Shown here piece after piece: positions 27,937 through 35,853 of a DNA stretch of 64,000 nucleotides. The notes beneath the pieces are model-generated. The model was not told the origin of the DNA. It did not search any database and was given only the letters and a program-made list of their open reading frames with translations. Where the stretch lies: NCBI GenBank assembly GCA_015063795.1, contig SVTL01000001.1:111614-175613 (forward strand). Direction: 5' to 3'. The first letter of the stretch is position 1. Each line of letters begins with the position of its first letter. A program made the position numbers and the translations under genes. Source of the stretch: Oscillospiraceae bacterium. GTDB lineage: Bacteria; Bacillota; Clostridia; Oscillospirales; CAG-272.

Positions 27937-28007
27937 AGAGAAACCATCCTTACATTATCAATAGATTTGGGTTGAAGAAGCAACGCGGACCATCGAAAAA
28001 ATCAGCG

Positions 28008-29237
28008 TTATTTCTTTTCAAATGCCACTTCGATCAATCGCTCGGTGCCGAAACCGATGGTGACATCCGCGGTCAAAACATAGTTGCCTGCCGGCAGATC
28101 CTTCACGGAAAGCTTGTCGGCAAAATCCTTCAGAGAAACTTCCTTGGCATAGGGATTGGAAGAAACGAAGAGAGCGGCTTCACCGTCGGCACTGTCCTTT
28201 CGGATGGCGATTTCAAAGGTTCGGATGTTGTAATTGGAGGTGATGTCGCCGCGGATGGTTCCCGCGCTCTCCAATCCTTTTTTGGTGGGCTTGTTGGCCA
28301 CCTTGAAGGTGGGCTCTTCGGTCTTGCCGTCGCGGAGCTCGGCAACGGTGACAGGGAGATAGGTTTCTTTATAGACATCGGCAAAGGAGGTTTCGGCATC
28401 GACTGTCCAGGAGGATTTGAACTCTCTCTTTCCGTTGAGCAGGTTGTTCTGATCGGTCAGATAAAGGAAGCTGCGTTCAGGCAAAATTTTGCCTTGATTG
28501 TTGCGGAAGATTTTGGGTTCTTTGGTGACCATCAGGGCATGGCCGCCGTCCTCCAAATGACGCATAAGAGCATCTCCGGGCTTCATAAGGGCATAGGCTT
28601 CCAGGATGGTATCCTTGTCGTTTGTCTTGAACACTGAAGTTGCGGTGCTCTTTTCGTTATAGCCGGACCAGTCGATGCTGCCGATGCCCACAACGCCTGA
28701 CTTGGGATAGAACGGCATCATATCCACGGTGTAGCCGTAGTTCACTGTGGGCGAAACGGTCTGCCAGGCGTGGTCGATGGAGGTGGAGCAGGAGTTGCCG
28801 GGAGCTTCAAACCAGTTGGTCAGCTCGCTGGTGTACTTGCTGTCGGCATCGAGAACACTTTTAAAGGATTCAAGGCCGGTTTTGCAGTTGTTGTAAATCA
28901 TGCCGAGATAGGTCTCACCAGGCTTGTAAACCAGAGACTCTCTTGCTTTCGACGAATAGTCGATGAGAACGGTGGCCGTCCACTTGACATTGGCCATATC
29001 GTACATATATTGCACAGCCATCTGACGCAGGTCCTTGCCCTCCGCGGTCAGAGAAGAGCCGGTGTCCTTTTTGGCGGTGGTTTCGGGTGTTTGGTTTTCG
29101 GGGGTCTCGCTTGCGGGTGCGGAGGTGGTGTCTGCGGCATTGTCGCCTTCGTTCGGCACGTTTGTTTCGCCCTCGCTGCAGGCGCAGAGCAGAACGATCA
29201 GCAGGGAAGAGAAGAATAGGATCAGAAGCTTTTTCAT
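28008..29237 (-). CDS. Lipoprotein, array-family Cys/His module
   Basis: This is a 409-aa ORF beginning MKKLLILFFSSLLIVLLCACSEG, with a lipobox. The motifs are GNSCSTSI, PGDALM, GHALMV, LTDQNN and YLPVT. Confidence 0.8.
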   Translation of the reverse strand: MKKLLILFFSSLLIVLLCACSEGETNVPNEGDNAADTTSAPASETPENQTPETTAKKDTGSSLTAEGKDLRQMAVQYMYDMANVKWTATVLIDYSSKARESLVYKPGETYLGMIYNNCKTGLESFKSVLDADSKYTSELTNWFEAPGNSCSTSIDHAWQTVSPTVNYGYTVDMMPFYPKSGVVGIGSIDWSGYNEKSTATSVFKTNDKDTILEAYALMKPGDALMRHLEDGGHALMVTKEPKIFRNNQGKILPERSFLYLTDQNNLLNGKREFKSSWTVDAETSFADVYKETYLPVTVAELRDGKTEEPTFKVANKPTKKGLESAGTIRGDITSNYNIRTFEIAIRKDSADGEAALFVSSNPYAKEVSLKDFADKLSVKDLPAGNYVLTADVTIGFGTERLIEVAFEKK

Positions 29238-29291
29238 GATATTGGTTCCTTTATGTTTGAAAAAATATTGTTTTGAAAGGGAAAAAAGGGT

Positions 29292-30485
29292 TTAATTCAG
29301 CGTGAAGGTCAGATCAAACACATCAAATTCGCCAAAGCCGATGACCGCCTTAACATTGAGTGTATACGTTCCGGGGATCATGGTTTTCAGTTTGAAGGTC
29401 TCGGTCAAATTGCTCAGACTGAACACCTTCCCTTCGGGATAAGAGATGTCGGTGAAGAGGATCTTTCCGCTTTTGTTGGTCAATGTGGAGGTAACGGAGG
29501 CCATCTTGAAGTTGGAATTGACCGCACCGCGGAAGGTTCTGGTTTTGGCAATAAGCTCGGCGGTAGGTTCGCTGGCAATGTAAAGCTTGGGCTCTTCATG
29601 CTTGCCGTCGCGAAGCTCAGCGATGGTTACAGGCAGATAGCCTTCTTGATAAAGATACTCGAAGCTTCTCTCAATGTCAATGTTCCAGGTGGAAAGAGGT
29701 TCACCTTCCTTGGCAGTCTTGAAGCTTCCGGTTTGGTCGGTGCAGACGATGGTGCTGCGGGAGGGAAGGATGGTGCCGTTGTTTCCGCGGAAGACCTTGA
29801 CCTCACCGGTCACCATGATGGCGTGGCCGCTGGTGTCCAGATAGCGGACGAAGGCATCGCCCGGCTTCATTTGCGCATAAGCATCGTAGAGGGTTGCGGC
29901 ATCGCAGTGCTTGACAATGGATCGCGTGGTGTTCTTTTCATCATACTTTTCCCACGGAATGTCGCCGATGGCGAGAACACCGCTGTCCTTGTAATAGGGC
30001 ATCATGTCAATGGAAAATTCAAAATCGAAGGAGTTGCCCACCTGCATCCATGCGTTTTTGATGGAGGTGGCACAGGTGTTGCCGTAGGTTTTCTGGTAAT
30101 TGACGGGGCCGGAATAAACACCCTTTTTGTTCAGCGCAGAGGCAAAGATCTCATATCCGCCGCGGAAGTTGGTATATGGCATGCCGCGGTAGGTCGTACC
30201 GGCCGTATAGATCAGTTTCTCGGAATGGGCCTTTGAAAAGTCCATGGTTTTTTCGGGTGTCCATTCCACTGTTCCCATTTTTTTCATATAGTCAACAACA
30301 GTTTGCCGCAGGATTTCTTCTTCCGTTATCAGAGGAGCGGTCGGTTCTGTGAACACGGCTTCGGATTCAGGTGCTGCATCAGTGGTGGTTTCGCTTCCTT
30401 CGCTTATGTCGCTCGGTGTGTTGCTGCAAGCAGTGAAGAGAGCGATCAGGAGGGCAGAAAGAAGCAACAGGCAGATTTTTTTCAT
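29292..30485 (-). CDS. Lipoprotein, array-family Cys/His module
   Basis: I moved the start to the ATG at 30485, where MKKICLLLLSALLIALFTACSNT begins with a lipobox. The motifs are GNTCATSI, PGDAFV, GHAIMV, CTDQTG and YLPVT. Confidence 0.8.
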   Translation of the reverse strand: MKKICLLLLSALLIALFTACSNTPSDISEGSETTTDAAPESEAVFTEPTAPLITEEEILRQTVVDYMKKMGTVEWTPEKTMDFSKAHSEKLIYTAGTTYRGMPYTNFRGGYEIFASALNKKGVYSGPVNYQKTYGNTCATSIKNAWMQVGNSFDFEFSIDMMPYYKDSGVLAIGDIPWEKYDEKNTTRSIVKHCDAATLYDAYAQMKPGDAFVRYLDTSGHAIMVTGEVKVFRGNNGTILPSRSTIVCTDQTGSFKTAKEGEPLSTWNIDIERSFEYLYQEGYLPVTIAELRDGKHEEPKLYIASEPTAELIAKTRTFRGAVNSNFKMASVTSTLTNKSGKILFTDISYPEGKVFSLSNLTETFKLKTMIPGTYTLNVKAVIGFGEFDVFDLTFTLN

Positions 30486-30507
30486 GTTTTTTCCTTTCCG
30501 TACATGG

Positions 30508-31731
30508 TTACAGTTCAAAAGTCAGCGAATACACTTCAAATTCACCAAAGCCGATGGTGGCTTTTACCGAGAAGGTGTAGGATCCGGCACCCAGCGTTTT
30601 CAGATCGAAAAGACTGTTCAGCTCGGTCATGTCATAGCTCATGCCCTCGGGGGTGGCGGTGTGCGTGAACAGGACGTTGCCGCTATCGTCGGTGAGGGTG
30701 GAGGTGGCCAGGATGATCTTGAAGTTGGATTCAACCGTGCCTCGGAAGGTCTTCGAGCCGGTGAAGGTCTTGGCGAGAGGCTTGTTCAGGATCTTGAACG
30801 CGGGCTCTTCGGCCTTGCCCTCCTGCAGCTCCTTGATGGTCACGGGCAGATAGCCGCCAACATACAGATCGGCGAAGGAGAACTTGCGGTCCACATTCCA
30901 GTGGGTGGGCAGGGGACTGTCGGAGTTTTTGATGAAATGGGAGGTCTGGTCGGTGAGGGTCACAAAGCTGCGGTCGCCGTTGATGGTGCCGTCGGCGTTG
31001 CGTGCGGTCTTGACCTCGCCGGTGACCATGCGTCCGTGACCGTTGTTGTCATGGTAATAGACGACGGCGTCGCCAAGCTGCAACAGAGAATAGGCCTCAT
31101 ACACCGTCGTTTTGTCGGTCTTTTTCTTCACCGAAAGGGAGGTGTTCTTGCCGTCGTATTCGCCCCACGGGATGTTGCCCAGAGGCAGCACGCCCGTATC
31201 CTTATCGGGATAGGGGAACATATCGATGGCGTAACGGAAGTTGATGGTGTTGCTCACCAGATACCAGGCATTTTTGATGGAAGTGGTGCAGGTGTTGCCG
31301 TAGCAGTCGTCGAAGACGGTGGAGCCGATATAGACGTTGTTTTCGTCCAGATGTGCGGCAAAGATCTCAAAGCCGCACTGCTGGTTGGCGTAGGGCATAC
31401 CGCGGTAGGTCTTGCCGCCTTCGTAGATCAGCCCCTTGGTGATGTCCCACTCGGAGGAGTAGTCGGCGGTCTCCTTGGCCTTCCACTCCACAAGTCCCAT
31501 TTTTCTCATATAATCGGAAACGGTCTTGCGGAAATCGAAGCCTTCGGGGATGAGGGAGACCGGCTCGGGTGCGGCGGTTTCTTCGGGGGTGGAGGTGGTT
31601 TCTTCGCCGACGGTGCTTTCGCTCTCGTCGGAAACAGGATCGGACGTATTGCAGGCCGCGGCAAACAGAACGGTCATTGCCAGCAGCATGGCGAAGAGAA
31701 GGGTGATGATCTTAGTCTTTGATGAATTCAT
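30508..31731 (-). CDS. Lipoprotein, array-family Cys/His module
   Basis: The start is placed at the ATG at 31731, giving MNSSKTKIITLLFAMLLAMTVLFAAACNTSD. It overlaps the upstream gene end by 20 nt. The motifs are GNTCTTSI, LGDAVV, GHGRMV, LTDQTS and YLPVT. Confidence 0.75.
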   Translation of the reverse strand: MNSSKTKIITLLFAMLLAMTVLFAAACNTSDPVSDESESTVGEETTSTPEETAAPEPVSLIPEGFDFRKTVSDYMRKMGLVEWKAKETADYSSEWDITKGLIYEGGKTYRGMPYANQQCGFEIFAAHLDENNVYIGSTVFDDCYGNTCTTSIKNAWYLVSNTINFRYAIDMFPYPDKDTGVLPLGNIPWGEYDGKNTSLSVKKKTDKTTVYEAYSLLQLGDAVVYYHDNNGHGRMVTGEVKTARNADGTINGDRSFVTLTDQTSHFIKNSDSPLPTHWNVDRKFSFADLYVGGYLPVTIKELQEGKAEEPAFKILNKPLAKTFTGSKTFRGTVESNFKIILATSTLTDDSGNVLFTHTATPEGMSYDMTELNSLFDLKTLGAGSYTFSVKATIGFGEFEVYSLTFEL

Positions 31732-32887
31732 AATCCAGTAAAACCACATCGCCGAGGCCGATGGAGGCGGTCAGCGTATAGTGGTAGGTTCCTTTCTCAT
31801 ACTCGGGGAATTTGGCTTCGTTGGCGCTGTAAGCAATGTCACAGGAGAAGCCCTCGGGATAGTACTTTTTTTCGAGGCGGACCTGACCGTTTTCATCGGT
31901 GATGGTGACGTTGACAACGTTCAGGTAATAATTCGAGGTGATCTCGCCCTTGAGACCGGCCAGGGTGTTGCGGGCGTTGTTGCCGTTCTTCAGCGTGATC
32001 TCGGGCTCGTCATAGATACCGGTAGCCAGCTCCTCGATGGTGACGGGCACATAGTAAGTGGAAAACAGCTCCTCGAAGGAGTATTTGTGATTCACGCGCC
32101 AGGTGGTGCTGTATTCGCGGCCTTCCACCCAGAATCCCGAGCTCTGCTCGGTGGTGGTCACATAGCTTTTTCCGCCGCTGATGGCGCCGCCCATGGTCTG
32201 CAGAAGATAGGAGGCTTCCACCACCATGCGGGTGTGTCCCTTGTTGCCGTCCTTGGGCCAGGCCGCAACGATGGCATCGCCGGGCTTCAGCTTGGCATAA
32301 GCGGCAAACATCGTTTCGCGTCCGGAGGCTTGCGTGATGTCGCCGGTGTAGGTCTTCAGCGCATCCCATTGGTACTCGCCCACAGGCAGGATACCGGTGC
32401 CGGAGGAGGGAAGCATGGATTGGGTATCGCGCGCGGTGAAGGAGTTGGCGATCTGATACCAGGAGGCGTAGATCGACGTGGAGCAGGTGGTGCCCGAGGC
32501 GGTGCCCCAGGTGGTGCCGCCCACGTAGAAGCCCTCGGCATTCAGCGAGGCGACGAAGCGGTGGGTGGAGGTGCGGCCGGGCGAATAGAGAACGCCGCGG
32601 TAGGTTTTATTGGCCTTGTAGGTGGTTTGCGAGGTAAAGCCGGTGTCTTTGGAAAAGTCGATGTCCGACTTGGCGCGCCAGACCACCTGCGAGCTGTCCT
32701 GCATATACTTGACGGCGATCTGACGAAGCTCATCCTCGCTCAGCTTGACAACGGCGGGCTCGGTTTCCGCAGGCGTCGTATCAACGGTGCTCTCGCTTTC
32801 GTCTGTAACGGACGGCTCGGTTCCGTCGCAGGAAGCAAGTGCAAACACGGTAAGCAAAGTCAGAAGGGCAATGAGACATTTTTTCAT
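31712..32887 (-). CDS. Lipoprotein, array-family Cys/His module
   Basis: The ORF-track entry is 464 aa. I chose the ATG at 32887 because AAGGAAAGGAAC lies upstream and MKKCLIALLTLLTVFALASCDG begins there with a lipobox. The motifs are GTTCSTSI, PGDAIV, GHTRMV, TTEQSS and YVPVT. Confidence 0.8.
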   Translation of the reverse strand: MKKCLIALLTLLTVFALASCDGTEPSVTDESESTVDTTPAETEPAVVKLSEDELRQIAVKYMQDSSQVVWRAKSDIDFSKDTGFTSQTTYKANKTYRGVLYSPGRTSTHRFVASLNAEGFYVGGTTWGTASGTTCSTSIYASWYQIANSFTARDTQSMLPSSGTGILPVGEYQWDALKTYTGDITQASGRETMFAAYAKLKPGDAIVAAWPKDGNKGHTRMVVEASYLLQTMGGAISGGKSYVTTTEQSSGFWVEGREYSTTWRVNHKYSFEELFSTYYVPVTIEELATGIYDEPEITLKNGNNARNTLAGLKGEITSNYYLNVVNVTITDENGQVRLEKKYYPEGFSCDIAYSANEAKFPEYEKGTYHYTLTASIGLGDVVLLDYEFIKD

Positions 32888-32935
32888 GATAAGTTCCTTT
32901 CCTTTGTGTGGTTGAAAAATCGGGTATACACAGCC

Positions 32936-32964
32936 ATTATAAAATAAGGAAAGAATTGTGTCAA
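32936..32964 (-). promoter_or_regulatory. Sigma-A-like promoter of the downstream lipoprotein sub-operon
   Basis: On the minus strand it reads TTGACA-N17-TATAAT, about 50 nt upstream of the ATG at 32887. Confidence 0.55.
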
Positions 32965-33002
32965 ATATGATTTGCTTTATGCCGAATATAGGTTTTTTCT
33001 TA

Positions 33003-33030
33003 TATCGGGGAACAGCTATCGGGGAACAGC
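33003..33030. repeat. Perfect tandem 14-bp direct repeat upstream of the promoter
   Basis: The plus strand reads TATCGGGGAACAGC twice, at 33003-33016 and 33017-33030. It lies about 40 nt upstream of the -35 at 32959..32964. Confidence 0.8.
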
Positions 33031-33111
33031 GTTCCGTTTGCCGCATACGGTTGGACAGGCATCCTGAGCCGAAGCCAAACGCAGACGGCAAACGGTAAGA
33101 TCGCATCGGGA

Positions 33112-34281
33112 TTATTTGGTAAACGTGCAGGAGGTGACAACGGCATCGCCGAAGCCGACCTTGGCCACGACCTTGTAGGTATAGGTGCCGGCGGGCAGAT
33201 CCTTCACATTGAAATCCATGCCCATGGAGGTGAGGATGTAGGTGGTGTCGTAGGGATAATCGGTGCCGGAGAGGACCACGTTGCCGTTTTCGTCGGTGAC
33301 GGTAACATCGATTTGGATCATGCGGTAATTGGACTTGACCGTACCTTTCAGCATGGTGGCATTCGGCAGATTCTCGGGCTTGGTCTGGCCGGAGATGGTG
33401 AAGGTGGCATCCTCAGCCGCATTGTCCTTGAACTCCTGAATGGTGATCGGGATGTAGTTGTTTTTGTAAAGCTCGTCGAAGGAATACTGCTTGTTCACCT
33501 TCCATGTGGTGTTGATGTCAACGGTGGTATCCAGTGCGTTGGTCTGCTCGATGGTGGTCAGGAAGCTGCGTGCGGAATTGATCTTGCCGCTCTGGCTTGC
33601 CACAACGGTAGGATCCTTCATCAGCATCAGCGCGTGTCCGGTGTCCCCCCATGTGGAGAGGACAACGTCGCCCTTCTTCAACTGGTTGTAGGCGGCGCAC
33701 ATGGTCTCAATCGAATTTTTAGCCATCAGATTTTTGGTGTAAAGCTGAGAATCCTTCCAGTCGTAATCGCCGACAGGCAAGATTCCCGTTCCGCTCTCGG
33801 GGAGCATGTTGATGGAGACGGTGAAGCTGATGGAGTTGGAAACGGTCATCCAGGCCGACTTGATGGAGGAGGTGCAGTGGTTGCCGGGGGCGGTGGACCA
33901 TCCGGCAGGTCCGGTATACAGATCGCCTTCGCCGATGTAGCGTGCGAAGCCCTCCAGCGTGCCGTCCAGCCAACAGTTGTAGGGGAGACCGTAATAGGTG
34001 TTGCGCGGCTTATATGTAAGATTGATGTAAGTAAATTCCATTTCCTCAGAGGGGCGCCATTTGACCTGCGACATGGCATACATATAGTCAACGGCGGTCT
34101 GGCGGATGTCGGCAGGAGCTTTCAACGATTCGGGCTCGGCGTAAACGGGAAGTGCCGGCTCGGCAGGCAGAGTCGTCTCGGGAACCGAGGATCCTTCAAC
34201 GGGGGCCTGCGTGGGAGAACAGGCGGTGAAAGCCGCTGCCAAAAGAAGCGCGGCAAAAAGGGAAGCAAGCGTTTTTTTCAT
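33112..34281 (-). CDS. Lipoprotein, array-family Cys/His module
   Basis: This is a 389-aa ORF beginning MKKTLASLFAALLLAAAFTACSPT, with a lipobox. The motifs are GNHCTSSI, KGDVVL, GHALML, TIEQTN and YIPIT. Confidence 0.8.
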   Translation of the reverse strand: MKKTLASLFAALLLAAAFTACSPTQAPVEGSSVPETTLPAEPALPVYAEPESLKAPADIRQTAVDYMYAMSQVKWRPSEEMEFTYINLTYKPRNTYYGLPYNCWLDGTLEGFARYIGEGDLYTGPAGWSTAPGNHCTSSIKSAWMTVSNSISFTVSINMLPESGTGILPVGDYDWKDSQLYTKNLMAKNSIETMCAAYNQLKKGDVVLSTWGDTGHALMLMKDPTVVASQSGKINSARSFLTTIEQTNALDTTVDINTTWKVNKQYSFDELYKNNYIPITIQEFKDNAAEDATFTISGQTKPENLPNATMLKGTVKSNYRMIQIDVTVTDENGNVVLSGTDYPYDTTYILTSMGMDFNVKDLPAGTYTYKVVAKVGFGDAVVTSCTFTK

Positions 34282-34314
34282 GGTGGATTCCTTTCGCGTG
34301 GATGGCGGAGATTT

Positions 34315-35559
34315 TTATTTGACTGTAAAGTTATAGTCGGCGTAAACGCACTCGCCCAGACCGATGCGAATGGTCAGCTTGAAGTTGTATTCGCCGGAGG
34401 GCAGATTGGTGATGTCGTTGTCGAAGTGGACCTCGGTCAGCTGGAGCATTTTGGCGTTGGGATAGCGGTCGATGCGGGCAACCACGTTGCCGTTGCTGTC
34501 GGTGATGACGGCGTTGGCCTCAAAGATGATGTAGTTGGATTTGACCGTTCCCTTGAGCATATTGGTGTCGGTGATCTTCTCGGGCTTGGTGAAAGCGGAA
34601 ATGGTGATCTCGGGAGCGGCAATGGTGTCGTTGGCCAGTTCCTCCAGCGTCAGCGGAATGTAATAGGCCTTGAGCAGATCGGAGAAGGAATATTTGAAGT
34701 TGGTCTTCCAGGTGGTCTGTTTGGTTTTTTCGTCCTCGTTGAAGCTGGAGCACTGCTCGGTGATGGTCAGATAGCTCTTGTGGGGAACGATCTTGCCGTT
34801 GCCGCCGCGGACGATTTCGGGCTCAGCGACCACAAGACGGGTGTGACCGAGAACAGAGCCTCCGGCTGCCCAGCGGCTGAGGATGGTGTCAGCGGGCTTG
34901 AGCATGGCATAGGCCTCTAAGATCGCATTGTCGCCGTTTTGGGAGATGACGTCCTTGGTCAAAGACTTGGCGGTGTCCGTGATGCGCTCGAGGCTGTAAT
35001 TGCCGACGGGCACCATACCCTTGCCGGCCAGCGGGAACATGTCGGTGGTGGCGGAAGCGTTGGTCTCATCGGTGGAGATGGTGGTGTAGGCAACGTAAAT
35101 GGAGGAGGCGCAGGTGTTTCCGGGCACGTCCTTCCACTTGATGGAGCCGGTGTAAACGCCGTTTTCGTCAAGGAAGGTCTTAAAGTATTCGGCATTGGCG
35201 GTGCCGCCGATGTAGGGCATGCCGAAGTATTCCTGCCCGGGCTTGTAAACCAGCGTTTTGGTAAAGGAGACAACGCTGGAATAGTCCATCTCGTCCTTGC
35301 AGACCCAGCGGACATCGGCCATTTTGTTCATGTAATCAACAACGATCTGTCTGGCGGCGGCGTTGTCGGGAACAGCGGGCATCACCGGCTCGATCTTGAT
35401 CTCGGCCGCGGTGGTCTCGCTCACAGCAGGCTCGGTGGTCTCCGCGCCCGATTCGGTTCCCTCAACAGGATTCTGAGAGCCGTTGCAGGCGACCAGACAT
35501 CCGAGCGAAACGATCAGCGCCAGAAGAAGCGGAAAGGCTTTTTTCAGGAAGGGGTTCAT
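34315..35559 (-). CDS. Lipoprotein, array-family Cys/His module
   Basis: The start is placed at the ATG at 35559, with a GAGG RBS about 9 nt upstream, giving MNPFLKKAFPLLLALIVSLGCLVACNGS. The motifs are GNTCASSI, PADTIL, GHTRLV, ITEQCS and YIPLT. Confidence 0.8.
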   Translation of the reverse strand: MNPFLKKAFPLLLALIVSLGCLVACNGSQNPVEGTESGAETTEPAVSETTAAEIKIEPVMPAVPDNAAARQIVVDYMNKMADVRWVCKDEMDYSSVVSFTKTLVYKPGQEYFGMPYIGGTANAEYFKTFLDENGVYTGSIKWKDVPGNTCASSIYVAYTTISTDETNASATTDMFPLAGKGMVPVGNYSLERITDTAKSLTKDVISQNGDNAILEAYAMLKPADTILSRWAAGGSVLGHTRLVVAEPEIVRGGNGKIVPHKSYLTITEQCSSFNEDEKTKQTTWKTNFKYSFSDLLKAYYIPLTLEELANDTIAAPEITISAFTKPEKITDTNMLKGTVKSNYIIFEANAVITDSNGNVVARIDRYPNAKMLQLTEVHFDNDITNLPSGEYNFKLTIRIGLGECVYADYNFTVK

Positions 35560-35598
35560 GTTCTTTACCTCGCATTCATAACAAATATATTCCATATT

Positions 35599-35627
35599 AT
35601 TGTATCACAGATATCCGCGTATGACAA
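35599..35627 (-). promoter_or_regulatory. Sigma-A-like promoter at the head of the lipoprotein genes
   Basis: On the minus strand it reads TTGTCA-N17-TACAAT, about 40 nt upstream of the ATG at 35559. Confidence 0.45.
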
Positions 35628-35761
35628 GGACAAACCGACACTATTTTGTAAATAATATATTGATAAGCGCCCAAAACGTCAAAACAACTCTCTCGGATTT
35701 GTTGAAAATAGACAACGAGTGTCGGCGCTCCTTGTGAAAAACGGAGAAGTGAAAAGTGCCT

Positions 35762-35790
35762 TTGACAAGGCGGGGAAAATATGGTATCAT
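35762..35790 (+). promoter_or_regulatory. Sigma-A-like promoter of the alcohol dehydrogenase gene
   Basis: It reads TTGACA-N17-TATCAT with TG upstream of the -10, about 63 nt before the ATG at 35854. Confidence 0.55.
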
Positions 35791-35853
35791 AGAGTATCCA
35801 TAAAAAAACAAGCAGCAGCTGCCCGTGCAAAGGGCGGCAACGGAGGAATAACC

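Noticed and set aside
200-27975. Very long plus-strand ORFs opposite the paralog array. Examples are 200..1090, 1960..2994, 4294..5283, 4985..6292, 6914..8041, 9038..10216, 12064..14313 (749 aa), 14653..16602 (649 aa), 20145..21326, 22507..24546 (679 aa) and 25888..27975 (695 aa).
   Set aside because: They are mirror-frame artefacts of GC-rich minus-strand genes. Their translations are low-complexity G/V/A/D/R strings and have no RBS or sensible N-termini. They often span the terminators and promoters between the real genes. The opposite strand encodes proteins with signal peptides, conserved motifs and paralog support.
316-35315. Numerous 60-160-aa minus-strand ORFs rich in Pro/Ser/Thr/Ala/Arg nested inside the large genes. 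Examples are 619..957, 5929..6252, 13716..14186, 17283..17684 and 34959..35315.
   Set aside because: They are alternative frames of the same coding strand. They have a compositionally biased PSTAR-rich translation, no independent start signals, and they fully overlap well-supported genes.
1-35559. Periodic sequence similarity that could be mistaken for a CRISPR array or a large tandem DNA repeat.
   Set aside because: The period is 1.2-4 kb and corresponds to whole diverged genes with their own promoters and terminators. There are no short identical repeats separated by unique spacers and no cas genes.
35596-35853. Possible Rex-type or other operator upstream of the alcohol dehydrogenase gene. 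The candidates are TTGTGAAAAACGG..., TTGTTGAAAATAGACAAC and the CCGACACT/AGTGTCGG inverted pair about 80 nt apart.
   Set aside because: None forms the expected TTGTGAA-N6-TTCACAA-like palindrome. The 8-bp inverted pair is too far apart and too short to call without comparative data.
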